Positions 33,601 to 44,458 of a stretch of 64,000 bases of DNA are shown piece after piece (position 1 is the stretch's first letter; each line of letters opens with the position of its first letter). A model generated the notes under the pieces. It was not told where the DNA came from. It did not search any database and saw only the letters and a program-made list of their open reading frames with translations. The translations under genes and the position numbers were made by a program. The DNA is from a bacterium (GTDB lineage Bacteria; Hinthialibacterota; Hinthialibacteria; Hinthialibacterales; Hinthialibacteraceae): NCBI GenBank assembly GCA_963662285.2, contig CAXXMV010000008.1:1120001-1184000 (forward strand), read 5' to 3'.

Positions 33601-35309
33601 GCGATCTTCGCGGGCAGGTTATCATCTGGGATGTCATGAAGCGACGCTGGTTAACGCGGTATACTGCAGTCAAAGGCAGAGCAGAGGTTGTCTGCTTCCT
33701 CGACCTTGGTGGTGTGCTTTTGGCTGCCGCATGTGAGGACGGTTCAATCTACATTGCCGAATCAAGCACCGGCGACCAGCGCGCAAGGCTGTGTAAACAC
33801 AAATCTCAACTCTTGGCTCTCACGAGCAATGGAACTTACTTCGCTTCCGGTGGTGTTGATGAAAGAGTCTTTCTTTGGGAAACCAGATCTTTGCGGTTCT
33901 TGACTGAAGTTGGTGAGTCCAAAGGCCGCGGTATGATTCAATCTTTGGCTTTCGGTGCCGGACATTATCTCTTGGTTGGCACCCACACAGGTCGAGTCGA
34001 GTGTTGGGATCTGAGCAGCCCTACCGCTCCGAAACTATGCTATCAGTTCAACTTGCCGACGCCATCGAATCGTTTGGGGCCGTCTAGCATTGAGCAAGTA
34101 GCTTTTGTTCCTCGGACACGCTATGCGTGTGTTTCTGACTGGGAACCGAAAATCACGATTTTCGATGCGATTTCGGGTCAGTCGCTTAATCAGGTCAGAC
34201 ATCCCGGCAGTTATGCACCCCGGTTTGCCCCGACACAGGACGGGAAGACGCTAGTCTGTTCACATGATAAAGGGTTAATGGCTTTTGCAGTTCCCAGCGG
34301 TCAACATCTGTGGAAGATTGACGCGGACATGTGGAGTATTGGGAGCCTCGTGCTGTTGGAGGAGGATCGCAGTTCGTTCACTGGACACTCGGATAGTTCA
34401 GTAGCCATCTGGGATCTTGCTGATAGAAAACGGATTTGGGCACAGCCCGGCGTCCGCAACAGCGCCATATCGGCAGCGGCAATAGATCCAAGTCGCGCAA
34501 TCTGTGTTTCCGGAGGTACCGGAGGCCAAATCAGCGCCGTTGATTTGGAAACAGAGAAAACTCTGTACCATGTAAAGACGGACATTGGTTATGTGTGCGC
34601 TTTGGATGTCTGCGCAGTAAACAACGTTTTTGCCGCATTGGGTTGGAGTCGCTACACCATTGTGGCGTCAACCACCACGGGCCACGAAACCATGCGGTTC
34701 CCGACTGCTGAATTTGGACGAATGGTTTGCTTAAATCCACAAGGTGATCGCCTTGCTATCGGGTGCGAGCAAGACCTAACGGTATTTGATCTAGCAAGCC
34801 AAACTTCATTATTCAGAACTAAAGATGCCTTAACGGCTTGGATCGTCTCTGGTCTGTTTTCGGATAATCCAGATTTTTTATATCTCGGCGATTCCTGGGG
34901 GATTTGCCACGAAATTCAGTTGTCAACTGGAGGTGTGCGGCATCTCAATCCCGGCAACAACCAGATTCGCGGTTGGTGTCAATTCCTAACTGTACTGGAA
35001 GCCCAGAAATGCTTCATTTCGGCTGCGGGTAGCCAATTGTTTGTATGGGATTTGCTGTCTGGCTGTGTCCAGCGTAAACTCATCGGGCACCGAAGCGATG
35101 TATGCACAGGTACCCTCTCAAAGGATGGAAAATGGCTGATAACTGGCGACGAGCATGGCAGGATCATCTTATGGGAGACTGCCTCTTGGAGAATTGTCGG
35201 CGGGGCATTGCTTCAAGCCCCAATCCGTGTGCTTACATTTGACCAGATTCGATCATGTCTGTGGGCCGTGGACGCCGCAAGAGGAATATATCAATTCGCT
35301 TTGCAGTGA
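30684..35309 (+). CDS. DUF4062(TIR-like)-STAND NTPase-WD40 NLR-like protein, copy 1 (intact)
   Basis: RVFVSSTFSDMKHER, IDLRWG, LGNRYGW; Walker A GASGCGKT, Walker B LFLDALD; C-terminal WD40 repeats. Confidence 0.9.
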   Translation: MRINIMTTSGSGKRLRPVIRVFVSSTFSDMKHERNALEADAFPKLEQLCQRHGFQFQAIDLRWGVSTEAGLDHRTMQICYEELRRSQEISPEPNFLILLGNRYGWRPLPEAISQKEYENLRNAAMECDKDGKAIIKGIGDKSAEQILKEWYRLDENILPSDRTRDDPDCAPLNYILQSRLQVVDGHLKYGRRKKVSGMGDEDTPEWIAVQNVLWNMINAAFPADARFKNRFKNIDGNKHIQDVDSTLDPKRTVPQIVRFQGSATEQEIWSGALSVPHADQHVLAFFREIENRAAFSDPKQIENFVDVDPSGTLQIEQLKAELRLRLGSSNLFHNEAPVRLVEAQDNQGDRRVDITTDHLDQLCANVVSRLSESIQGQIDEYWHNTSPASMNRAARELEIEQREYERFAKERGGEESFVGRQVELQSILDYMGSDSCWPLVIHGASGCGKTALLACASQEVAKTRKRIERFIGVAPRSSDLRSLLSSLCQELRQRNPRTDVLPTEIKELRDEFSRHLQVATPEQPLILFLDALDQLADADNGRLLHWLPLGSLPAHVKLVVSCLSDRADGDLAGQPYAELKHRQIPTENFINLNVLSEAEARLLLFDRWLPNTGRKVSDDQRAQIEQRLASPTCRQPIFLKMLFEEVRFWHSYDPAPVPGESVPALLGQLFDRLSLETNHGPLLVNRVLGYLSASRHGLAENEILEILFADPEYRAKLNEATEQTRQELPPNAKRIPITLWSRLRFDLAPYLTERAAPGANVLTFYHRQVGEAARGKYMSGDNELRSHRALAGYFHKQHNYLESIIEQHAHASHPSTMSRQANLRKVDELPWQRLQAQQWDKLGRLLTDVSFLEAKVAAGMLHSLIEDYNSAFKASGNTKVSEWSSDRRSFGMSFFLRALRKNAEFISDVPTATRTQLILTGLNEAFDHKLLVGRFAEKSLLVPSRAPAEIANPHSEEVVSVTASGDCQRVATCDLRGQVIIWDVMKRRWLTRYTAVKGRAEVVCFLDLGGVLLAAACEDGSIYIAESSTGDQRARLCKHKSQLLALTSNGTYFASGGVDERVFLWETRSLRFLTEVGESKGRGMIQSLAFGAGHYLLVGTHTGRVECWDLSSPTAPKLCYQFNLPTPSNRLGPSSIEQVAFVPRTRYACVSDWEPKITIFDAISGQSLNQVRHPGSYAPRFAPTQDGKTLVCSHDKGLMAFAVPSGQHLWKIDADMWSIGSLVLLEEDRSSFTGHSDSSVAIWDLADRKRIWAQPGVRNSAISAAAIDPSRAICVSGGTGGQISAVDLETEKTLYHVKTDIGYVCALDVCAVNNVFAALGWSRYTIVASTTTGHETMRFPTAEFGRMVCLNPQGDRLAIGCEQDLTVFDLASQTSLFRTKDALTAWIVSGLFSDNPDFLYLGDSWGICHEIQLSTGGVRHLNPGNNQIRGWCQFLTVLEAQKCFISAAGSQLFVWDLLSGCVQRKLIGHRSDVCTGTLSKDGKWLITGDEHGRIILWETASWRIVGGALLQAPIRVLTFDQIRSCLWAVDAARGIYQFALQ

Positions 35310-35315
35310 AACAAC

Positions 35316-35611
35316 ATGAATGCCACCTGCAAAATCGCCCACATTTTCATCAGCAGCACCTTCTGCGACATGCACGCGGTGCGGAACCACCTGTTCACAT
35401 CTGTGTTCCAGGACTTGCGGAAGCGGGTGGAACAGTTGGGGATGGAGTTCTTAGATGTGGACCTGTTCTGGGCTTGCCGGCCATAGACTTCGATGGGGAG
35501 ACTGCCAACTCCTAGCAATACTGTCGGTAATGGATCGATCGGGTCGAGCCGTTCTTCGTCCTCATCCTCGGCCAACGCTACGGCCGGGTGCCCGAGTCGA
35601 GCTACTTCCGC
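35316..35611 (+). pseudogene. Degenerate DUF4062 stub 1
   Basis: HIFISSTFCDMHAVRNHL..DVDLFW, then a frameshift and two stops, then EPFFVLILGQRYGRVP. Confidence 0.8.
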
Positions 35612-36195
35612 AACACAACCATTCAGCAAGTGCAGTTAGGAGTTCTCGCTCATGAGTGATACCAGAATACAGGCTCGCCTCCGCCCCGTCGTTCGGGTGT
35701 TTGTCAGTTCGACGTTCAGCGACATGAAACATGAGCGGAACGCTTTGGAGGCCGATGCCTTTCCGAAACTGGAGCAGCTCTGTCAGCGTCATGGGTTTCA
35801 GTTCCAAGCCATCGATCTGCGCTGGGGCGTCTCGACTGAAGCTGGGCTGGATCACCGAACGATGCAGATTTGCTACGAGGAATTGCGCCGGTCGCAAGAG
35901 ATTTCCCCGGAACCAAATTTCCTTATCTTGCTGGGCAACCGCTATGGATGGCGGCCTTTGCCAGAAGCGATCTCACAGAAAGAATATGAAAATCTTCGCA
36001 ATGCAGCAATGGAATGCGATAAAGACGGCAAGGCTATCATTGCAGATTTCGGGCCAAATCGGCACCTGAATTCGGAGTAAATCGGCACCCCATTTCGGAG
36101 TAATCGGCAGGGGGTGATTGTGAAGGAGATTTTCGGCGGAAAATTGATCGTTTGCAGCACTGGGTCAATCAAACCATAAGGGCATAGTAGGCTTC

Positions 36196-37767
36196 ATGCC
36201 AATGCGCATAGATTGGGAGAAGCCGATGCCGAAGGAGAGATTGTCCATGCGGAAAATCAAAGAGATACTACGATTAAAATGGGAGTGTGGTCTGAGTAAG
36301 AAGAAGATCGCTCAGAGTTGTGGCATGTCACGCAGCACTGTGGGGGATTATCTGATGCGAGCCGGAGCGGCAGGGCTATCCTGGCCGTTGCCGGAAGATC
36401 TGACTGAATCGGAATTGGAGAAGCGGCTCTTTTCCAGCCCCCCCGGACGTTCGCCCGTGCAACGCCCGTTACCCGATTGTGCGTTGATTCATAAAGAGAA
36501 TAAGAGGAAGGGCGTCACTCTGGCGCTGTTGTGGACGGAATATAAACAAGAACATCCGGATGGGTATCAATACACGCAATTTTGTGAGCATTACCGCCGC
36601 TGGAGGGATCGTCTCGATACCTGTCTGCGCCAAGAGCATAAGGCGGGGGAAAAATTGTTTGTGGATTACTGTGGACAGACCATCCCAGTGATCGACCGAA
36701 CGACAGGCGAAGAGAGAGAAGCGCAGATTTTCGTGGCGGCGTTGGGGGCCTCGAATTACACCTATGCGGAAGCGACGTGGACGCAGCAGCTCCCCGACTG
36801 GATTGGAGCGCATGCGCGGGCGTTGGAATATATCAACGGTTGTCCGGAGGTTCTGGTCCCCGACAATCTCCGAAGCGGCGTCAGCCAGGCCTGCCGGTAC
36901 GAACCCGACATCAACCCCACCTATCAAGCGTTTGCGGCCCATTATGGGATCGCGGTGATCCCGGCCCGTGTGCGAAAAGCCCGTGACAAAGCCAAGGTCG
37001 AAAAGAGCGTTCAACTGGTCGAGAACTGGATACTGGCCCGCTTGAGGAATCAAACATTCTTCAGTTTATCCGAACTCAATCAGGCCATTCGTGAGCATTT
37101 GCAGGCTCTCAACGACCATCCGTTTCAGAAATTGAACGAGACCCGCCGGTCCTTGTATGAATCCGTGGATCGTCCGGCGCTGCGTCCGCTCCCGGTCACG
37201 CCGTTCGAGTATGCGGACTGGAAGCAAGTGACGGTGGGGAACGATTACCATGTGGAAGTGGAGCGGCATTATTACAGCGTTCCGTCCACGCACGTCCGCC
37301 GGAAAGTCGAAATCCGCTATACCGCCCGGATCGTGGAGATTTATTGGCGGGGGGAACGGGTCGCCAGTCATATCCGCAACCATCGGCAAGGCGGTTGCAC
37401 CACGGTTCGCGAACATATGCCCAAAGAGCATCGCGAGGTTCTCGATTGGACGCCGGAGCGCCTGCAGGACGAGGCCGCGGGCATTGGCGCATTCACGGGA
37501 CGCCTGATCGAACGGGTGTTTGAGTGCAGTCGGCATCCGCTGCAAGGCGCACGAACGAGTTTGGGGATTCTGCGTCTCGGCCAGTCGTTTGGCCCGGACC
37601 GGTTGGAGCGCGCCTGTGAGCGTGCGTTGTTGATTCAAGCCCTCACCTACAAGAGCATTCGCTCGATTCTCAAGAAAGGATTGGACCGTCTTCCTCCACC
37701 CGGGCCGCCGCCTCCGGCGCTCACCATTCAGCATGACAACATACGCGGCGCTCAGTATTTCCACTAA
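36196..37767 (+). CDS. istA: IS21 transposase IstA
   Basis: HTH N-terminus; FVDY, PDN, DKAKVE (DDE); YSVP. Confidence 0.95.
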   Translation: MPMRIDWEKPMPKERLSMRKIKEILRLKWECGLSKKKIAQSCGMSRSTVGDYLMRAGAAGLSWPLPEDLTESELEKRLFSSPPGRSPVQRPLPDCALIHKENKRKGVTLALLWTEYKQEHPDGYQYTQFCEHYRRWRDRLDTCLRQEHKAGEKLFVDYCGQTIPVIDRTTGEEREAQIFVAALGASNYTYAEATWTQQLPDWIGAHARALEYINGCPEVLVPDNLRSGVSQACRYEPDINPTYQAFAAHYGIAVIPARVRKARDKAKVEKSVQLVENWILARLRNQTFFSLSELNQAIREHLQALNDHPFQKLNETRRSLYESVDRPALRPLPVTPFEYADWKQVTVGNDYHVEVERHYYSVPSTHVRRKVEIRYTARIVEIYWRGERVASHIRNHRQGGCTTVREHMPKEHREVLDWTPERLQDEAAGIGAFTGRLIERVFECSRHPLQGARTSLGILRLGQSFGPDRLERACERALLIQALTYKSIRSILKKGLDRLPPPGPPPPALTIQHDNIRGAQYFH

Positions 37768-37813
37768 AGCCAGCAGCGATGGCTGCTTTTAAAACCTGGA
37801 AGGAGACGAATTC

Positions 37814-38629
37814 ATGCTTACACACCCTACTCTGGAAAAAATGAAAGCCATGCGGCTTTACGGCATGGCCAAGGCCTTTGAAGAACAATTACAGATGGCA
37901 GATATTGGCGAGCTCCGGTTTGAAGACCGGCTCGGACTGTTGATGGATCGCGAGGAAAGTGAAAAAAACAACCGCTTGCTGCAATCGCGATTGCGCAAAG
38001 CGAAACTGGCGCAGTCGGCCTGTGTGGAAAACCTCGATCTGGCGGCGCGGCGCGGATTGGATCGAACGCTCATCGCGAAACTCATCGCGTGCGATTGGAT
38101 TGGGGAGCGCTTGAACGTGATCGCAACGGGTCCCACCGGTACGGGGAAAAGTTATTTATCTTGTGCTCTGGGCCAAAAAGCCTGCCGGGAAAGATACACC
38201 GTGGAATACCATCGCGCTCCCCGGCTCTTTCCAGAACTTCACTTGGCGAAAGGCGATGGCCGTTACGAGGCGATTCTGCGCCGCCTGGCCAAAACCGATT
38301 TAGTCATCCTCGATGATTGGGGACTCTATGTCATGAACGATGAAGCGCGCCGCGATTGTTTGGAACTCCTCGAAGATCGTTGCGGCAAACGTTCGACTCT
38401 CGTTACCAGTCAAATTCCGATCCAGCACTGGCACGAAACCATTGGCGATCCGACTCTGGCCGATGCCATTCTGGACCGCCTCGTACATAACGCATACAAG
38501 ATCGAACTGAAAGGAGAATCCATGCGTAAACGGAACAAGAAACTGGAAACAGAAAACAGCGAAGATCATGAAATCAATGAACTCGAACCAAAATCAAGGA
38601 GCAATAAGGCTCAGAAGGGGTCAAAATAA
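37814..38629 (+). CDS. istB: IS21 helper ATPase IstB
   Basis: GPTGTGKS, ILDDWG, DAILDRLVH. Confidence 0.95.
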   Translation: MLTHPTLEKMKAMRLYGMAKAFEEQLQMADIGELRFEDRLGLLMDREESEKNNRLLQSRLRKAKLAQSACVENLDLAARRGLDRTLIAKLIACDWIGERLNVIATGPTGTGKSYLSCALGQKACRERYTVEYHRAPRLFPELHLAKGDGRYEAILRRLAKTDLVILDDWGLYVMNDEARRDCLELLEDRCGKRSTLVTSQIPIQHWHETIGDPTLADAILDRLVHNAYKIELKGESMRKRNKKLETENSEDHEINELEPKSRSNKAQKGSK

Positions 38630-41600
38630 AATCAACAAAAGGGGGGTAACTCCATTCGGCCTACGGCCTCACTCCGTTACCCCCCTTTTAACGCGAAGAA
38701 TGATGAGAGTATGATGAAAATACGACCCAACGCTGCTGGGATATCAAAGGGTGTCGGAAGGCTCCGAATTAGGGTGCCGATTTACTCCGAAATGCCCTGC
38801 CGGTTTAATCCCGGATTCCCCTGTCGTTTTAACCGAAATCCGCAATCATCAAAGGAATAGGTGACAAGTCAGCCGAACAGATACTCAAAGAATGGTATCG
38901 ACTCGATGAAAATATTCTCCCCTCCGATCGAACACGGGATGATCCTGACTGCGCGCCACTGAACTACATACTGCAATCACGTCTACAAGTTGTTGATGGG
39001 CATCTAAAGTATGGTCGTAGGAAGAAAGTCTCAGGCATGGGAGACGAAGACACGCCAGAATGGATTGCCGTCCAGAATGTTCTCTGGAATATGATCAACG
39101 CAGCATTTCCAGCTGATGCCCGTTTCAAAAACCGCTTCAAAAACATTGATGGGAACAAGCATATCCAGGATGTCGACAGTACACTAGACCCCAAGCGCAC
39201 CGTACCACAGATCGTGCGTTTCCAGGGCTCCGCGACCGAGCAAGAGATATGGAGCGGCGCTCTTAGCGTCCCACATGCCGATCAACACGTCTTGGCGTTT
39301 TTCCGGGAGATCGAGAACCGCGTCGCCTTCTCCGATCCGAAGCAGATTGAGAACTTCGTTGATGTGGACCCGTCCGGTACACTCCAGATTGAGCAGTTGA
39401 AGGCAGAACTTCGCCTGCGGTTGGGCAGTTCGAATCTTTTCCCCAACAAGGTCCCCGTCCGGTTAGTGAAGGCTCAAGATAATCAGGGCAGCCTAACCTT
39501 TGATATCACGACGGATCACCTAGCCCCGCTTTGCGCCGATGTGGTAACGCGGATGACGGAGATCATCCAAGGTCAGATCGACGAGTATTGGCGCAAGACC
39601 GAGCCAGCCTCCATGGACCGTGCTGTGCGTGATTTGGAAATCGAACAGAACGAATACGAACGGTTCGCCAAGGAGCGTGGCGGTGAGGAATCGTTCGTTG
39701 GCCGAAGTGACCTTCTGGAAAGTATTCGATCTTATATAAAAAACGATTCGCCTTATCCACTCGTGATTTACGGTGATTCCGGTTGCGGCAAGACCGCCCT
39801 CTTAGCGAGAGCCTACCAGGAGATCCCTTCGAAGGAGAAGCCAATCATACGTTTCATTGGAACGACGCCTCGTTCTTCCGATGTCCGATCTTTGCTAAAA
39901 AGCCTCTGTCAGGAACTCCGCGAGCGACATCCCATCACCGAAACACTTTCCTCAGATGTTCGTGAATTAATGCAAGAATTCCGTCAACATCTCGATATGG
40001 CAACATCCGAGAAGCCTGTCATTTTATTCCTCGATGCACTCGATCAACTTTCCGAAGCGGACAATGGTCGTCAATTATCTTGGATTCCGTTTGGCCAATT
40101 ACCGAGTCATGTAAAGATCGTGGTATCGTGTTTCTTTAATGAAGACGAAAACGATCCTGTCAGCCAACCGTACGCCGAACTCAAGCGCCGCCAAATCCCG
40201 ACCGAGAATTTCATCAACCTCGACGTTCTCTCAGAGGCCGAAGCTCACTTGCTACTTTTCGACCGGTGGCTCCCCAAGGCGGGTCGCAAGGTCAGTGACG
40301 ATCAGCGGACGCGAATCGAGCAACGCCTTGCATCTCCGGCCTGCCGCCAGCCAATCTTCCTGAAACTGCTTTTCGAGGAAGTCCAACTCTGGCATTCCTA
40401 CGATCCGGCGCCGGTGCCGGGTGAGAGCGTCTCCACGCTTCTCGGACAACTCTTCGACCGGCTAAGCCTACCGACAAACCACGGTCCGCTGTTGGTGAAT
40501 CGCGTGCTGGGTTATCTGTCCGCATCCCGGCATGGATTGGCGGAAAACGAGATTCTGGAGATCCTCTTCGCTGACCCTGAGTACAAAGAGAAACTCAAGG
40601 AGGACAACAAGCGAAATCGCCATGAGCTGCCGCCCAACGCAACTCGCATCCCCATTGCGCTGTGGTCTCGGCTCCGGTTTGACCTTGCGCCATACCTTAC
40701 TGAGCGGGCTGCACCCGGTGCCAATGTGCTGACGTTCTATCATCGGCAGCTGGCAGAATGGGCATGCTGCTCTTCTTCAGAGGTGTTGACTCAGGATTGG
40801 CGTCCGCATCAACGACTGGCTGAATACTATGAGAAGCAGGTCTTTTTCGACAACTATGTCGAAGAACAGCGACTGTGTTCAGATGATGTAGTTGCAATTC
40901 CTCATCTTGCGAATGTTCGCAAAGTAACGGAATTGCCTTGGCAGAGACTGAAAGAAGCCCAACTTACGAGTCAATGGAATGAGGTAGGGGCCTTATTTAC
41001 AGACTTGATGTTTTTTGAGGCGAAATCTGGTGCTGGGCTCATCTTTGAGCTTACAGATGAACTCAGAACGGCTGCGGACACCATGCCACAACATCATCCG
41101 CAGAAGCATCTCATCAAAATCCTCGATAAAGCGCTCCGTCGGGATATTCACTTTATTGCGCGACATCGGAACGATTACCCGCAGGCGTTGTTCCAATGCC
41201 TTTGGAATTCGTGCGGGTGTCCGTACACCGAGAAGACTCGTGCTAAGGATCTAAAACACACTAGTATCGAGGTAGAGGAGCATTTGTCGTCTGCTTTGCA
41301 TGCTTTATTGGATTCATGGCGACTCCTCAAAACGGCAACCACTATCTGGTGTGAGGCTCTTCAGTCACCTGTGATCCCACCGACTCACTTGCCAGACCTA
41401 ATCTTGGAGGGGCACACCGGCATAATCATGAAGCCGGTTTTCAGCCCGGATTGCCTTAGAATTGCGACTTCTGCCCCTTTGGAAGGCAAAATTCGTATCT
41501 GGGATGTTTCTAGCGGGGTCTGCCTCCGCACGCTTGTGACTGGGGGTACGAATGGTCCTGCAGTCTGGTCTCCCGACAATCGCCACATTGCAGTAACAAC

Positions 41601-44198
41601 ATCCCAAGACAAAATGATCATCTGGGACTGGTATCTTGACAGAATTGAGAATGTTGTCGACCTACCGAGTTCTGAATGTGATGCGGTTGGAATTGGGATC
41701 GCTGTCTCACCGGATGGCAAGTATGTTGCCGTCTCGCATCGTTATGGGCTTGTTGTCATCTGCGACTTCCACTCTGGATCTGTGTTATCCCAAGTTCATT
41801 TTTCCGAGAGCTCCGTGTTTCTAATGGAGTTTTCCAGTGACGGGTCTTCGCTGGCTGTTGCCTCGTATGCCTCGTATGCCTCGTATGACTCCATGGTTCG
41901 ATATTTGGAAGTACCTTCTCTTGCTGAACAGCGGTCGATCCGGATCAACAACCTGTCATCGTGCGCGATGCTGCCTGAAGGTAATGTGCTTGCTGTTTGT
42001 GAAAAAGTGGTTGGGGAAGTTGGCTCACAAGTGATACTCTATGACGGTAGAACAGGGGTGATACGTGCAGTCGTGAACGACGGTACGTCAGCACAGTACG
42101 CAGAGCCACAATTTGTCGCATGCAGCGCTAATGGACAGCATGCTGCATTCATTCACAACCGAGGTGTGACTGTGATTGACCTAGATCGGGGCACGCGAGT
42201 CACGGCACCGATTCGCTTCGGCGCAACCGGATTCCCAAGCCTCTCAGCGGATGGCCGGCTCCTCGCGCAAACAGATTTGGACCAAGTAATGATTTGGCGC
42301 CTGGACTCATTAGAACCATCGATGATCCCAAGGCTCGAATGGGAGGTCAGAGAGGTTGCCCCTAGTTCGTGTGGCCAGTTCGTCGCGGTGGCTACTGAGT
42401 CAGATTTCAAAGGTTCCCTCAATGAATCCCCATTCGTCATACTGGAAACGGCTTCGGGTACCCTCATCAGTGAATGGCAACATCCCGGATCACGGCCAAT
42501 AGCATTTGATTGCATTGCCTGGTTTCATCACTCTGCGAAGGTTGCGTTTGCGAGTCACGGAGGAGGCCCAGTGTGGCTTTGGGGGCCTGATTGGACGAAC
42601 AACCTCTGCAGATTTGACCTAAGGGCTGCTTGCTTGAAGATATTGGTCTCTCCGAACGACGCTTGGATCGGTTGCACTTGCAAGGATGGGATGATCCAAC
42701 TAATCCAAGTTTGTCGCGCCGGGATGGCTGGTGTACGAACGCTTTTCACAAGTGAGCGCGGTGATCTTGAGGGCGGAGCAGATACGCCCCTAGCCTTCTC
42801 GTCGGACAGCATGCTGCTTGCGGCGTCCATCGACCATGCTGTTTACGTTAATGATTGGTTGGTGGAGGCAGACGAAAACCCAATTTACATATACCAAATT
42901 TTCAGTCCTGACGCGATAGTCATCCTAAAAGGTCACGCTGCCGCCGCCACGTGCCTAGCCTTCAACTCGGACGGTAGCCTTCTCGCATCAGCGGCACGGA
43001 ACAAAGAGGTTAAAATCTGGGATGTGGCAACTGGACGAGAAATTCACACTCTAGCGAATCATGCTGGCTCGGTCGATGCAGTGGCTTTCACCGACAACGG
43101 AAGACAAGTTGTCAGCGTGGATTCTCGACAACGCACTTACCTTTGGAATGTAGATAATGGCGAGTTAGTCCAACAATGGGCTGGGGCGTTTGACGCGGTG
43201 GAATTCGCAGTTTACCGCAGCCAGCCTCTTGGCGACAAACCAAGCCTCCTAGGGTACCACTTGGGATGTGAATTCCAAGTGGTTAATCCAGAGAATCTGG
43301 CGGTGAATGCAGCGCTGCCGACGCATTTCAACGACGCTTTGTTGTTTCTTCCTCAGACCCAGAGATTCATCCGATGGAATGCCGGCTTGTTAGAACTGTA
43401 TCGAGTTGGGGAGACTAAAAACCACACCAAGCCATCGGAATCCCCTTCCATATTCCGACCGGAAGTTCCTATTGACAAATTTCAACAGAGATGTCGGCTT
43501 TGTGGGCCGCACAACGGTAATTGCAGAATTTGCGGTGGGAAGAAATACATTGAGGCCCGTCACGATGTATCCCACTTGCGCTTCGAACTCCTAAGAAAAA
43601 AATGTCCTGCCTGTGATGGAACCGGGAAATGCTACATCTGTCATGCACGAAAGGCTGTCTCCGGGAAAGCTCCGCTTGTTGCTAATCCGACTGCTTTGCG
43701 CGGCCACCTGCGGCACCTACTCACCGACCAGCACTGGCAAAAGCATCTACAGACACAAAACGAATCAATCCGGGATTTACTGAATATCATAGGAACGGCA
43801 AAGAATCGGCACGAAGCCGCAGAATTACTCTCTCGATTGGATCTCCTGCAACTGTGGCTCTTGGGTCTTATAGGAGGTGCTCGAAGGACCGCGGGCTGGG
43901 ATCTCTACGATTTGCTAGGACGGCTCCGTCGACTCCAGGTACCGTTTCTTACTGTCCAAGAGGCGATGTTCTCCCTTGAAGAACTCGGGGTACTTCAACG
44001 TGAAATACGATGGCGCAATCGCGAGCCATACGAAGTCATGATCGTCAAACCCGAGAGTCACATCCGTTTTCTGTGCAATTTTCTCGCGGACATTCGGATA
44101 GACCTGAGTGAACCACCTAAGCCCAGTAGGCCCGTCGCATTGGATGACGGAGAAAAAACTGACGAGCAAGATTCCATTTGGTAATCGCGAGACTTGGA

Positions 44199-44458
44199 AT
44201 GAAGGAGCGTGAATTCACATTTCGTGTTTTCGTCAGTTTGATCCCACGATTGCGGGACGATCTGAAGACCGAGCCAGATGCATTGCAGCGGGACGTGTTC
44301 CCTCGGCTGCGCGAGTACTGCCAGAAACACGGATGCCGGTTCCAGGCGATTGACCTGCGTTTCCGACATCGTACCGACCACGCAGTGTGTCGGGACTCCG
44401 CCGGACATAGGGCGTCAGCCAACGTTACGACTGGGTGTCCGAACCGCGCCACTTCCGC
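44199..44458 (+). pseudogene. Degenerate DUF4062 stub 2
   Basis: FRVFVS..DLKTEPDALQRDVFPRLREYCQKHGCRFQAIDLR, eroded middle, remnant CAACGTTACGACTGGGTG (QRYDWV). Confidence 0.75.

Larger units (their letters stand above)
36041..38844 (+). mobile_element. IS21-family element, apparently intact
   Basis: Ends TGCAGATTTCGG / CCGAAATCCGCA, 5-bp duplication ATCAT (36036-36040 and 38845-38849), repeated subterminal motifs, istA and istB. Confidence 0.96.
35652..44184 (+). pseudogene. DUF4062-STAND-WD40-Zn-finger NLR-like gene, copy 2, split by IS21
   Basis: 35652-36040 and 38850 onward join in frame once the IS and one target-site copy are removed; GDSGCGKT, LFLDALD, WD40s, CRLC/CRIC/CPAC/CYIC. Confidence 0.9.

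Noticed and set aside
37066-37764. 232-aa antisense ORF in IS21 and similar shadow ORFs across the window
   Set aside because: Antisense to well-supported genes, with no motifs of their own.
38639-38690. GGGGGGTAAC..GTTACCCCCC hairpin as an ncRNA
   Set aside because: It lies inside IS21 right after istB and is best explained as the element's terminator.
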